Shown here one piece after another: positions 9,758 through 18,453 of a stretch of 39,753 nt of DNA (positions within the stretch are counted from its first letter, which is position 1; every line of letters begins with the position of its first letter). The stretch covers positions 1 to 39,753 of the forward strand of contig CALVXR010000038.1 in assembly GCA_944371445.1 (NCBI GenBank). The letters run 5' to 3'. The position numbers and the translations under genes are program-made. Origin of the DNA: an uncultured Bacilli bacterium. Its GTDB lineage: Bacteria; Bacillota_I; Bacilli_A; RF39; UBA660. The notes below the pieces were generated by a model. It did not search any database, was not told where the DNA came from, and saw nothing but the letters and a program-made list of their open reading frames with translations.

Positions 9758-10213
9758 TTAATAATTATTTAATTTTACTGCAATTTCATCTAATTTTTCT
9801 TTTTTTATTAAATTATTATCATATGTGATATATATGTTTACATTAAAATTGTTTATATAATCAAAATTAGAATAAGCATTTATAATTCCATCATATTCAA
9901 TTAAATCTTCAATCATTCCTTTTAAACAATATTCACAACACAAATCTTTTATAGTTATAATATACTTTTCCAAATCGCCATCTAAATGTTTATTAAAAAA
10001 AATAATTGATGGAACGTTTAAAACATCTAAATATAATAATATTTCCATTTTTAATATTTTCAAAGAAATTATATTTGAATCATATTCTACATATATTTCC
10101 TTACTTTCAGTATTTATTTTAACCAACTTTATACCATTAAGTCCTAATAAATAGTTAATTATATCATTATTAAAAAACAATGAGTAATCTACTTTTAAGG
10201 TTATTTTTTTCAT
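9758..10213 (-). CDS. Protein with two HMA-like (ferredoxin-fold) repeats
   Basis: Second repeat has IKDLCCEYC; both end in V/I-x-YD-x3-I; first repeat has no Cys. Confidence 0.6.
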   Translation of the reverse strand: MKKITLKVDYSLFFNNDIINYLLGLNGIKLVKINTESKEIYVEYDSNIISLKILKMEILLYLDVLNVPSIIFFNKHLDGDLEKYIITIKDLCCEYCLKGMIEDLIEYDGIINAYSNFDYINNFNVNIYITYDNNLIKKEKLDEIAVKLNNY

Positions 10214-10235
10214 AAATTTTCCTCCGTAATACGTT

Positions 10236-11867
10236 TTAAAATACCCACGTGCTTAACCATTTCAAACTATTTGCAAGACTATTTTCTATATAAGTTGCTG
10301 ATACAATAGGATAAAAATAGTATGAAAAGAAAATAACTAATACTAAAAAGCTAACATAGAAATAACTATTTTTTACTCTTTCATCTATTTTTTTTATAAG
10401 AAATGTTAGGGATAAAAATGCAAATGGTAACATAGGAAAATAATGATATAAAAACATTCCTCTAGTTATAAATAAGTATGGTATAAATAAGCACACATAT
10501 ACTATTAATATTAATAAACTATCTTTATTTTTATTTTTAATAGAATTATATATTAAATAAATTATCGAAATAGCACTACTCCACCATAATATTGGATTTC
10601 CAAATCCACTAATAGTTGCTTTCATATTACTTATACTTGATGTATAATACCAAACAGGTTTAATCATAAATGGCCATGTATAAAATCTAGAGTAAAAGTC
10701 ATGTGGTGCTTTTAAAGAAGAATGATAATCATACATACTTTTTGTTATTTCTATTATTTTAGGTAAAGAATCAGTTTTAAAATAATACATATTTGGAAAT
10801 AATAAATAAAGTGATATATAAATAATAATAGGTATTATAACAAAGAAAAATATATTAGCTATTATTATTTTTTTTCGATCTTTTTTATCTATATTGTTGT
10901 AATTTTTAATAAAGTGATAGAAAAATATAATTGCAAGCGCTAATGCAAAAGCAGATGCTGTCCATTTTGTACAAAGAGCAAGTCCCATAAATAATCCTGA
11001 TAAGAATAAATATAAAAGTTTTTTATTTAAACTTTTTTTATCAGAATTTATATATTCATACATAAATAAAAATGATAAAAGTATAAATAATACTAAAAAT
11101 CCATCTATTTGACACATTCTTGTATGCGCAAAATGAAATGTATCAATCATCATAAAAAGTGCTGGAAGTAAAGCATAAATAGTTTTTTTAAATATTCTTT
11201 TACCTAAAATATATAATACTGGTATCATTAATATACCTGCCAAATTACTCATAAATCTATAATAAAAAGGTGCCATTTTAAAGAGTTTTATAGGAATCGA
11301 TATAAGTATTTTTCCAAGTGGTGGATGTATCCATTCATAAGCTTCTAAGTCATTTGCATATTCATATGCTGTTCTAGCAAAATATATTTCATCAAAATAA
11401 GTACTATTATAATTACTTATACTATTTGGTATTACATTACCTTCATCTACCACTTCTTTTCTATTAACAGTAAATTCATTATTATTAAGTTTATTTCCAA
11501 GTTCATCATAAAGAGCAATTTCACCAATAAAGCTTTCTTCATCCAATTTTATATGTATTACATCTACATTAGAACTTACATTAACATCATTCCATGAAAA
11601 AACATATGATAAATTTGTTTCTATATTTGTATTTTTATTCTCATTTTCAAAACTAATATCTAAACTATTCATTTGATGTCCTGTAAAATATCTTATTTTA
11701 CTTATCTTTTGGTTTTCTTTTAGTTTTATATCAATATTTTTATTTGTAAAAGTATTAGGATTATCAAAAGATCCTAAATTATAAAAAGAAAATAAAGAAT
11801 ATATTAAAATCATTACTAATAAAATAATATAATCTATTTTTGACATTTTACTTTTCATATAAAACAC
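10236..11867 (-). CDS. GT39/PMT-family lipid-carrier-dependent glycosyltransferase (protein O-mannosyltransferase-like)
   Basis: YFDEIYF, HPPLGK, TKW, H..S...WP, GNPILWW and FLYHY motifs; many TM helices. Confidence 0.88.
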   Translation of the reverse strand: MFYMKSKMSKIDYIILLVMILIYSLFSFYNLGSFDNPNTFTNKNIDIKLKENQKISKIRYFTGHQMNSLDISFENENKNTNIETNLSYVFSWNDVNVSSNVDVIHIKLDEESFIGEIALYDELGNKLNNNEFTVNRKEVVDEGNVIPNSISNYNSTYFDEIYFARTAYEYANDLEAYEWIHPPLGKILISIPIKLFKMAPFYYRFMSNLAGILMIPVLYILGKRIFKKTIYALLPALFMMIDTFHFAHTRMCQIDGFLVLFILLSFLFMYEYINSDKKSLNKKLLYLFLSGLFMGLALCTKWTASAFALALAIIFFYHFIKNYNNIDKKDRKKIIIANIFFFVIIPIIIYISLYLLFPNMYYFKTDSLPKIIEITKSMYDYHSSLKAPHDFYSRFYTWPFMIKPVWYYTSSISNMKATISGFGNPILWWSSAISIIYLIYNSIKNKNKDSLLILIVYVCLFIPYLFITRGMFLYHYFPMLPFAFLSLTFLIKKIDERVKNSYFYVSFLVLVIFFSYYFYPIVSATYIENSLANSLKWLSTWVF

Positions 11868-11908
11868 CTCTTATATAATTATAACAAAAAAATTCTATAT
11901 AAATAGAA

Positions 11909-12442
11909 TTATTTTAAAACATATTCTTTATTTTTAATATTCATATCTTCTTCATATACTTTTTCTGGTACTTGAGTAAATTCCATAGCTTTATTAATAC
12001 CTTTTATACCACTCTCTTTAGAATAAGATGCTTTTAAACTAAGATCATTATAACCTGCATTTGGAATAATTAATTGAACCTTATCATTTTGTTCAATTTG
12101 GTTAAGATTAAATAAAGTTACATCTTGAGAAACTAATCCTACTTTTTTCAAACTAAAAACGCTTGAAATAATCTTATTTATATATTTTATATTATCAGAA
12201 TCAATACCAGGTAGATTTAAATAATTAAAACCAATACCAGTTTTCTTTAAATAACTAAATAATAAACTTGCAAACTCATATGAATCTTTAGAATTATTAT
12301 CAATTAAATATAAAAATAAATTTTGACAGTCATTTTGTTCTTTGAATAATAACATATTTTCTACCAAATTATTTATTTCTTCAACACTTGCTTCTTTATA
12401 AGAACTATCAAATTCTATAATAAAAAGTGCATTATTTTTCAT
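11909..12442 (-). CDS. Hypothetical protein
   Basis: 177-aa ORF with AGGAG RBS and TGTATAAT upstream; faint HAD-like alpha/beta pattern only. Confidence 0.7.
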   Translation of the reverse strand: MKNNALFIIEFDSSYKEASVEEINNLVENMLLFKEQNDCQNLFLYLIDNNSKDSYEFASLLFSYLKKTGIGFNYLNLPGIDSDNIKYINKIISSVFSLKKVGLVSQDVTLFNLNQIEQNDKVQLIIPNAGYNDLSLKASYSKESGIKGINKAMEFTQVPEKVYEEDMNIKNKEYVLK

Positions 12443-12549
12443 AAAATCATCTCCTAGGGAATATATTATACAAAATTATTCAATAAAAGGCAAATGCATA
12501 TTCAAAGTATTTAAAAGTTCATATTATAAACTAGATAGGAGGTAAAAAA

Positions 12550-12831
12550 ATGTTTGGAAGAAGATGTTGTTGCAACAGACCAATGGGATTTGGTTTTGGG
12601 AATCAAAACAATACTGTGATGGAATGTGAAATAATTGAACCAACAATAAATAAATGTGTAGAACAAGAATGTTATCATGAAGTACCACATATTTGCCCTA
12701 TTCATACTCACTTTATAAAAAGAGATATCTACAATCATACTTACACTCCAAGATATACTTGTTCACAAGAAAATCAAGTTGTAAACAATGATTGTGGAAG
12801 CTGTAGTGGACTTGCAAATAATAATCAATAG
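12550..12831 (+). CDS. cotD: Spore coat protein CotD-like
   Basis: IIEPT..C...HEVPHICPIHT...H.Y.PRYT.S pattern, Cys/His rich; AGGAGG RBS; GCATA..CATATTA sporulation-type promoter upstream. Confidence 0.75.
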   Translation: MFGRRCCCNRPMGFGFGNQNNTVMECEIIEPTINKCVEQECYHEVPHICPIHTHFIKRDIYNHTYTPRYTCSQENQVVNNDCGSCSGLANNNQ

Positions 12832-12856
12832 TGTAGCATATGCTGCACTATTTTTG
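12828..12856 (+). terminator. Intrinsic terminator
   Basis: ATAGTGTAGCA-ta-TGCTGCACTAT followed by a T run. Confidence 0.8.
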
Positions 12857-12908
12857 TTATTAATTTCTTTTAATTAATGATATAATAAAACTAGAGGTGC
12901 AATATATT

Positions 12909-13700
12909 ATGAATAATATTAAAGAGTTTTTTTATAAATTTTTTTACTTCTATTTAAATAATCCTAAATTCTTTTTTGAAATAATAACATTATTTACTAT
13001 AAGTATATTACTAAAAATATATTACCCAAAATTTAGAGGATTTATGGGTGAATTTTGGGTAAGAATTGAATTAAGCAAGTTACCAAAAAGTAAATATATT
13101 GTTTTAAATGATATAATGATTTACTATAATAATAAAACTTGTCAAATAGACCATATAGTTGTATCGAATTTTGGAATATTTGTTATAGAAACAAAAAATT
13201 ATTATGGACTAATAAAAGGAAATAAGTATGATAATAAATGGTATCAATATTTAGGAAGAACGAGAAATAGTTTTCTAAATCCTATTCATCAAAATTATGG
13301 TCACATTAGAGCTTTGTCAAATTTACTTAAATTAGATGAAAAATATTTTATTTCAATTATTTGTTTTTCTAATCAAGCTAAATTAAAAGTAAATTGCAAA
13401 GATGAAATAACTCATCTCGACTTTTTAAAAAGTGAAATTTTAAAATTTAAAGATATAAATTTTAATTATGATATAAATGAATTAGCAAATATAATAAATT
13501 ACAATAATATTACAGACAGAAAAGCAAGAAGAAAACATATAATAGATATACATACTAAAATTAAAAATGATAATGAATTATTAAATAATATGATATGCCC
13601 AAAATGTGGTAATCAATTAGTTGAAAGAAATGGTAAGAATGGTACTTTTATAGGCTGTTCTAAATTTCCTAAATGTAAATATACAAAAAATAGATTATAA
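12909..13700 (+). CDS. NERD nuclease-related domain protein with C-terminal topoisomerase-type C4 zinc ribbon
   Basis: GFMGE, QIDHIVV, VIETKN and NPIHQN motifs; CPKCG...GCSKFPKC. ATG 12909 follows GAGGTG. Confidence 0.92.
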   Translation: MNNIKEFFYKFFYFYLNNPKFFFEIITLFTISILLKIYYPKFRGFMGEFWVRIELSKLPKSKYIVLNDIMIYYNNKTCQIDHIVVSNFGIFVIETKNYYGLIKGNKYDNKWYQYLGRTRNSFLNPIHQNYGHIRALSNLLKLDEKYFISIICFSNQAKLKVNCKDEITHLDFLKSEILKFKDINFNYDINELANIINYNNITDRKARRKHIIDIHTKIKNDNELLNNMICPKCGNQLVERNGKNGTFIGCSKFPKCKYTKNRL

Positions 13701-13858
13701 ATAGAGATTATATCTATAACAATAATGTAATCATATATTAAATGATAAAGAACAAATATATGATTTAAATATTAGACAAATTTGTGTATAAAAAAATTTA
13801 ATATTTAATTAGTCATTTTTAAAAACTTAATTTATTATATAAAATATTTTTAAACAAT

Positions 13859-13885
13859 AAAAAATGTAGACTAATCTACATTTTT
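13859..13885. terminator. Bidirectional terminator
   Basis: AAAAATGTAGA-ctaa-TCTACATTTTT between convergent genes. Confidence 0.75.
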
Positions 13886-15680
13886 ATTTTGATAAAAACT
13901 TTTTAACACTTTTTAAAGATTCTTCATCATATTCTTTTTTCCACTCTTTATAAAGTTTTATAATTTTATTTTTATTTTTTAAAGCTTTTTCAATTTGATT
14001 TGCAATTGCAATTGGATCATCATTTTTATTTACTATTAAATATTCTTCTAACTTAGTTCCATCAAAATAATGGTGATTATTAGAAGTTATACATGGAACA
14101 CCAAGTTCCAAACTTTCAAGTGGAATCATAGGTGCACACTCAGTAAAAGTAGTATAAACATTTACATCATTTCTAGTCATCATTTTAAGAAGTTTTTCTC
14201 TAGATACTGGTTTAGTAGCTCCGTTTACCACAACACCTAAAAGTCTAGCGAATTCCATTGTTTTATTAGTAACTGGAATACATTCAATTTCAGCATTTTT
14301 AATTAAACTAGCAGCTGCTAATTGATTATAAAAGTTCTTAACCCATCTATCACCAGATGCATATAATCCAAGCTTAATAGTATCTGAATCTTCTCTTTTT
14401 ATAATATATTTTTCTGCATCTAATTTTAAATTATTCATTAAAAATTCTGCCTTATAACCTCTTCTTTTATAAAGTTCATACATGCTTTTTTTAACAAAAG
14501 CAATTGAATCTATATAATTATCATTAGCTAAATTAAGAATTGTTGTAAAAGGAGTCCATTCATATTTTTCAGATAGAGGAGCATTTCCACCATGCCAAAT
14601 AATTTTTACTTTTATTTTAGGATTTATTTCTTTTATTTTCTTAATTATTTGATCATAACCATCAGAAAATCCACTAAAAGCAATTAATTTAAATTTTTGA
14701 TTACATAAAATATTAGCTATTTCATTTACTGTCTTTTCACCAGAAACTTCAGATAGTTCTAATGTAGAATCAAATAGTTCTTTAGTAGCAGTAGTTATTC
14801 CTAGAAAATTAGGATTGTGAATAATTACATAATCATTATTTTTTACTTTTTCAAGATTTTTATTTACACAATCAATAATTTCTTTAAAACGAAGTTCACT
14901 TCTTTTTCTTCTTCTATATAATACATAAGGATATACAGGAAGTTTTAAAACTCTTTTTGTATTTCTTTTAGCAAACCTACACATATTTATAAATTGCTGT
15001 CCTCTTTCCTCGCCTAAAGTTCTAAATATTTTATTTTCTCTTTGTTCCCATTTAGATACCCAACTAGCATCATAATAATGAATACAGCAAGTATTATCTG
15101 TAAATAAATTATTTTTATGATTATATGATAGTGGATAAAAATAATCTCTTGGATAAATATAGAAACCATTATCTAAAACTTGCAATCCTTTTTTTAGTGG
15201 ATCATATCCACAAGGTTTTAATGCATTTGTAATAAGTTTAGGAATACTAAATGCAAACATATCATTATCATCAAATTCTTCCTGTGCTCTATAATAATCT
15301 AATAATTTTTTTGATAAATAACTTTTAGAATGCTTTTCACCCCATATACCACAAGCTATCATATTAGAGTCTTCTACACCAATAAAGCTTTCATTTTCAA
15401 GTAAAAAATCAATATTTTTAACAACTAACATATCAGTATCAAAATATATTCCACCATATTCATACATTACTTTAGCTCTAACATAATCAGCTACAAAAGC
15501 CCATTTCTTTTTATCATAAGCTCCTCTTATAAAAGGACATTCATCTAAATTAACATTTTCTTCTGACCATTTCATTATCTTATAATCTGGTAAATATTTT
15601 TGCCAACTTTTAATGCACTTTTTAGCAAGCTTAGGAAGAGGTTTATCTCCAAACCAACAAAAGTGTATATATTTTTCCAT
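13884..15680 (-). CDS. Bifunctional glycosyltransferase: GT32 (DxD) domain fused to a GT-B/GT4-like domain
   Basis: IHFCWFG, DYVR, GGIYFDTD and HYYDASW in the N-half; TECAPMIPLESLELGVP (E-x7-E) in the C-half. Confidence 0.88.
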   Translation of the reverse strand: MEKYIHFCWFGDKPLPKLAKKCIKSWQKYLPDYKIMKWSEENVNLDECPFIRGAYDKKKWAFVADYVRAKVMYEYGGIYFDTDMLVVKNIDFLLENESFIGVEDSNMIACGIWGEKHSKSYLSKKLLDYYRAQEEFDDNDMFAFSIPKLITNALKPCGYDPLKKGLQVLDNGFYIYPRDYFYPLSYNHKNNLFTDNTCCIHYYDASWVSKWEQRENKIFRTLGEERGQQFINMCRFAKRNTKRVLKLPVYPYVLYRRRKRSELRFKEIIDCVNKNLEKVKNNDYVIIHNPNFLGITTATKELFDSTLELSEVSGEKTVNEIANILCNQKFKLIAFSGFSDGYDQIIKKIKEINPKIKVKIIWHGGNAPLSEKYEWTPFTTILNLANDNYIDSIAFVKKSMYELYKRRGYKAEFLMNNLKLDAEKYIIKREDSDTIKLGLYASGDRWVKNFYNQLAAASLIKNAEIECIPVTNKTMEFARLLGVVVNGATKPVSREKLLKMMTRNDVNVYTTFTECAPMIPLESLELGVPCITSNNHHYFDGTKLEEYLIVNKNDDPIAIANQIEKALKNKNKIIKLYKEWKKEYDEESLKSVKKFLSK

Positions 15681-15780
15681 AACTACAACTCCTCTCGTAT
15701 AATAGTTTTTGTAAGTGTTATTTTACTTACATTAACTATTTTTTATTTATTCTATTTTATAAGTAAAAATAGTAAAACTT

Positions 15781-16029
15781 ATGGTACAGATTGTAACCCA
15801 TGTGTTATTATATTTTTGAAATGTAATGACAAGGAACTATTCATTCACTCCTTGTAACCCGTTTTGGTGTTTACTTTTATAGAATGTTTCCCTTCTTATT
15901 AGTTATTATCCTTCTAACTCAGATGATGTTTCTCTTTTAAGTTTAATCGCAGCAAATTATCCTTAAACAAAGATGTATTCTTATAACGAGGTTGTTGTCA
16001 TACTTTTAAGCTTGGGTATCTGTAATCAT
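15781..16029 (+). ncRNA. Putative IS110 bridge/seek RNA in the left non-coding end
   Basis: Nested pairings: TACAGAT 15785-91 with ATCTGTA 16018-24; ACCCA with TGGGT; ATGACAA 15826-32 with TTGTCAT 15995-16001; further inner stems. Confidence 0.6.
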
Positions 16030-16069
16030 TATATTTCACAAAATCCATAAATGAAAGGTGGTGTTACCT

Positions 16070-17353
16070 ATGCAAAACTGTTTATTCATTGGTGTTGATG
16101 TTGGATTAAGAGGCAACCAATTTTGTGTTATGAACTTTAATCAATATATTTATTTCAATCTTAAATTTTCAAATAATCCAGAAGGAAATGATTTGGTTAT
16201 TAATAAAATTAAAGACATTGAAGATAAATTCTTTTTTGAAAAAATTATTATTGTCATGGAATCTACTGGTATGTATTCTTTTCATCCCGCTTGTTATTTA
16301 TCTTCTAATGAATATTTAAATAACTTCAATACTGAAGTTTATCAAATAAATGCTTTTGAATTTGATAAATACAAGAAAAGTTTCCATGATCTAGAAAAAG
16401 AAGATGGTATTGATGCTTATGTTCTTGCCGATTTTGCCAGAGTTGGTAGAACTAGAAATTTATATCCTTTCAAAGGAGCTCAATACATTGCACTTCAACG
16501 TCTTACAAGACAAAGATATCATATTTGTAGAGAATTGATAAGAGAAAAAACATATATTTTAACAAATCTATATCTTTCTTTCTCTGGTTTAATCTCATCA
16601 AACAAGAACGATTTGCCTTTTTCTAATTTGTTTGGAGCTACTTCTTCTGCTTTTTTAGAAGAGTTTTCTTCTCCTGATCAAATTGCTGAATCTTCTATTG
16701 AAGAGCTTATAAACTTTATCTCTGAAAAAAGTAAAAATCATTGTACTAACATTGATAATAAAATTTCTTCATTAAATAAAGCTATTCGTTCTTCTTATAG
16801 ATTAGATCAAACTGCTTATGAACCTATTAATATGGCTATTGCTTGTTCTTTAAATACTATTAAATTTTATCAACAACAATTAAAGAACATAGATAAAGCC
16901 ATTACTACAACAGCTATTGGTCTTGATTCTAATACTTATAATATTTTACTTTCTATTCGTGGTATTGGAAAAGTTTATGCTGCTGGTATTATGGCTGAAA
17001 TTGGTAATATTGATAGATTTTCTCATAATTCCAAATTAGCAAAATATTCAGGCCTTTATTGGAAAAGAAATCAATCTGGAGAATATGATTCTCAAGATAA
17101 AAAATCTTCAAAAAAATCCAATAAATATTTAAGATATTATTTAGTTGAAGCAACTTCATCTTGTATTATACATAAATTTCCTTTTATTAAGGAATATTAT
17201 GATATTAAATATAACGAAGTTTCTAAACATCAACATAAACGCGCACTCGTTTTATCTGCTCGTAAACTTGAAAGATTGATTTTTGGATTGCTGCGAAAAA
17301 ATCAATATTACAAACCAATTGACTCAGTTCAAATAGCAAAGAACAATTCATAG
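16070..17353 (+). CDS. IS110-family DEDD recombinase/transposase
   Basis: FIGVDVG, MESTG, KEDGIDA; C-terminal GIG, LAKYSGL, QSG (Ser) and NKYLR. ATG 16070 follows GAAAGGTGG. Confidence 0.96.
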   Translation: MQNCLFIGVDVGLRGNQFCVMNFNQYIYFNLKFSNNPEGNDLVINKIKDIEDKFFFEKIIIVMESTGMYSFHPACYLSSNEYLNNFNTEVYQINAFEFDKYKKSFHDLEKEDGIDAYVLADFARVGRTRNLYPFKGAQYIALQRLTRQRYHICRELIREKTYILTNLYLSFSGLISSNKNDLPFSNLFGATSSAFLEEFSSPDQIAESSIEELINFISEKSKNHCTNIDNKISSLNKAIRSSYRLDQTAYEPINMAIACSLNTIKFYQQQLKNIDKAITTTAIGLDSNTYNILLSIRGIGKVYAAGIMAEIGNIDRFSHNSKLAKYSGLYWKRNQSGEYDSQDKKSSKKSNKYLRYYLVEATSSCIIHKFPFIKEYYDIKYNEVSKHQHKRALVLSARKLERLIFGLLRKNQYYKPIDSVQIAKNNS

Positions 17354-17414
17354 TTATCATAAATATGACTGTAGGACTTAAGTCCGAAAGGAATATTTAT
17401 GATAACGAACATTT

Positions 17415-17441
17415 GTTTTAGTCGTGAACTAAAACCTTTTT
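17415..17441 (+). terminator. Hairpin/terminator after the IS110 transposase
   Basis: GTTTTAGT-cgtga-ACTAAAAC then CTTTTT. Confidence 0.55.
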
Positions 17442-17531
17442 GGCGTGGAATAATTTATTTGATAAGGCAGCAAACTATTCAAAATATCTGCCAATTTTTA
17501 AAAATTTACATATTGACTTTTACCAGATGTT

Positions 17532-18452
17532 CTATATTTTTATTTTTAAAATAAATTTTTTTATTTTTCTTATATTAGTATCTTCTAATAAATCATCTAT
17601 TACATTTTTTTCTTTTATTTTATTTTTATATTCTTTTTTATCATTACCTTTTAAAGTATTTAATGAATTAATAACAGCATTTGCCATAAAACTATAATAT
17701 ATTTTTTTTATTCTTGGTTTAATAGCTTTATCATTTTTTGTTTTTTCTTTAAGTAATACATAATAATCAAATATATCATTTGCTTTTTTTACTGTTTTTT
17801 TATAACTATCGTTTCTAGTTATACTATCTTTAGTTTGATAATAATTATACATATTTTCATCTAATAATTTTATATTTTTACTTTTTAAAATTATATAAGG
17901 AACTAAACCAAAGTCTTCATGATACATTCCACTTTTAAAAGAGAATTTATTATCTAAATAAAATTTTCTATTATATGCATAAAGTGGTGCCATTTCAAAA
18001 ACTACTTTTTGAAAAGCTAAAAGTTCAAATGCAATATTTCCACTACAAACTTTACCTTCAAAATGTGTATAAGTATTTACTTCTTTTTCATCTAAGATTG
18101 TCCTAAAACCAAATTTAATCAAATCTAAATTTTTTTCCATTACATTTTCAAGAGTACTAAGTAAATTTTTATCAACTGTATCATCTACATCTAAAAACAA
18201 AATATAATCCCCACTTGCTTTACTTACACCTAAGTTTCTAGCTTCACTAAGTCCTTTATTTTCTTCATGAAAAACTTTTATGTTTTTATATTTTTCACTA
18301 TATTCTTCTAATATTTCTAAACTATTATCACTACTTCCATCATCTATAGCTATTATTTCAAAATTTTTATATGTTTGTTCTAATACTGATTTAAAACATC
18401 TATCAATATATTTTTTTCCATTATAAACAGGTACTATAAAACTATATTTCAT
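17532..18452 (-). CDS. GT2 glycosyltransferase (last ~4 codons probably displaced by IS110)
   Basis: SFIVPVYN, DDGSSD, GLSEARN, FLDVDD and HED motifs. Confidence 0.93.
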   Translation of the reverse strand: MKYSFIVPVYNGKKYIDRCFKSVLEQTYKNFEIIAIDDGSSDNSLEILEEYSEKYKNIKVFHEENKGLSEARNLGVSKASGDYILFLDVDDTVDKNLLSTLENVMEKNLDLIKFGFRTILDEKEVNTYTHFEGKVCSGNIAFELLAFQKVVFEMAPLYAYNRKFYLDNKFSFKSGMYHEDFGLVPYIILKSKNIKLLDENMYNYYQTKDSITRNDSYKKTVKKANDIFDYYVLLKEKTKNDKAIKPRIKKIYYSFMANAVINSLNTLKGNDKKEYKNKIKEKNVIDDLLEDTNIRKIKKFILKIKI

Positions 18453-18453
18453 A

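Larger units (their letters stand above)
15701..17537 (+). mobile_element. IS110-family insertion sequence (ends inferred, shared TAT core)
   Basis: DEDD transposase on the opposite strand inside an operon. Removing 15701-17537 restores GT2 ...KIKIREEL* 2 nt before the next ATG. Joined ends give TTGACT-16-TATAAT. Confidence 0.8.

Noticed and set aside
12460-12472. 13-nt match (AATATATTATACA) to the TnpB guide region
   Set aside because: It is the complement of a common TGTATAAT promoter context and nearly all A/T, so chance-level; no TAM evidence.
13700-13815. Several inverted repeats after the NERD gene
   Set aside because: Almost pure A/T, expected by chance at this composition; no promoter-terminator frame.
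15750-15755. TTCTAT direct repeat with 17530-35 as alternative IS110 boundary
   Set aside because: It gives no good junction promoter and a looser operon spacing than the TAT core. Disfavoured, not excluded.
17365-17392. Hammerhead ribozyme (CTG..A-GGAC-TTAA-GTCC-GAAA)
   Set aside because: The CUGANGA core is broken (CTGTA) and no stem III or cleavage triplet can be placed.
17415-17435. GTTTTAGT...ACTAAAAC resembling a Cas9 repeat/tracr duplex
   Set aside because: Single short hairpin, no array and no cas genes; explained as a terminator.
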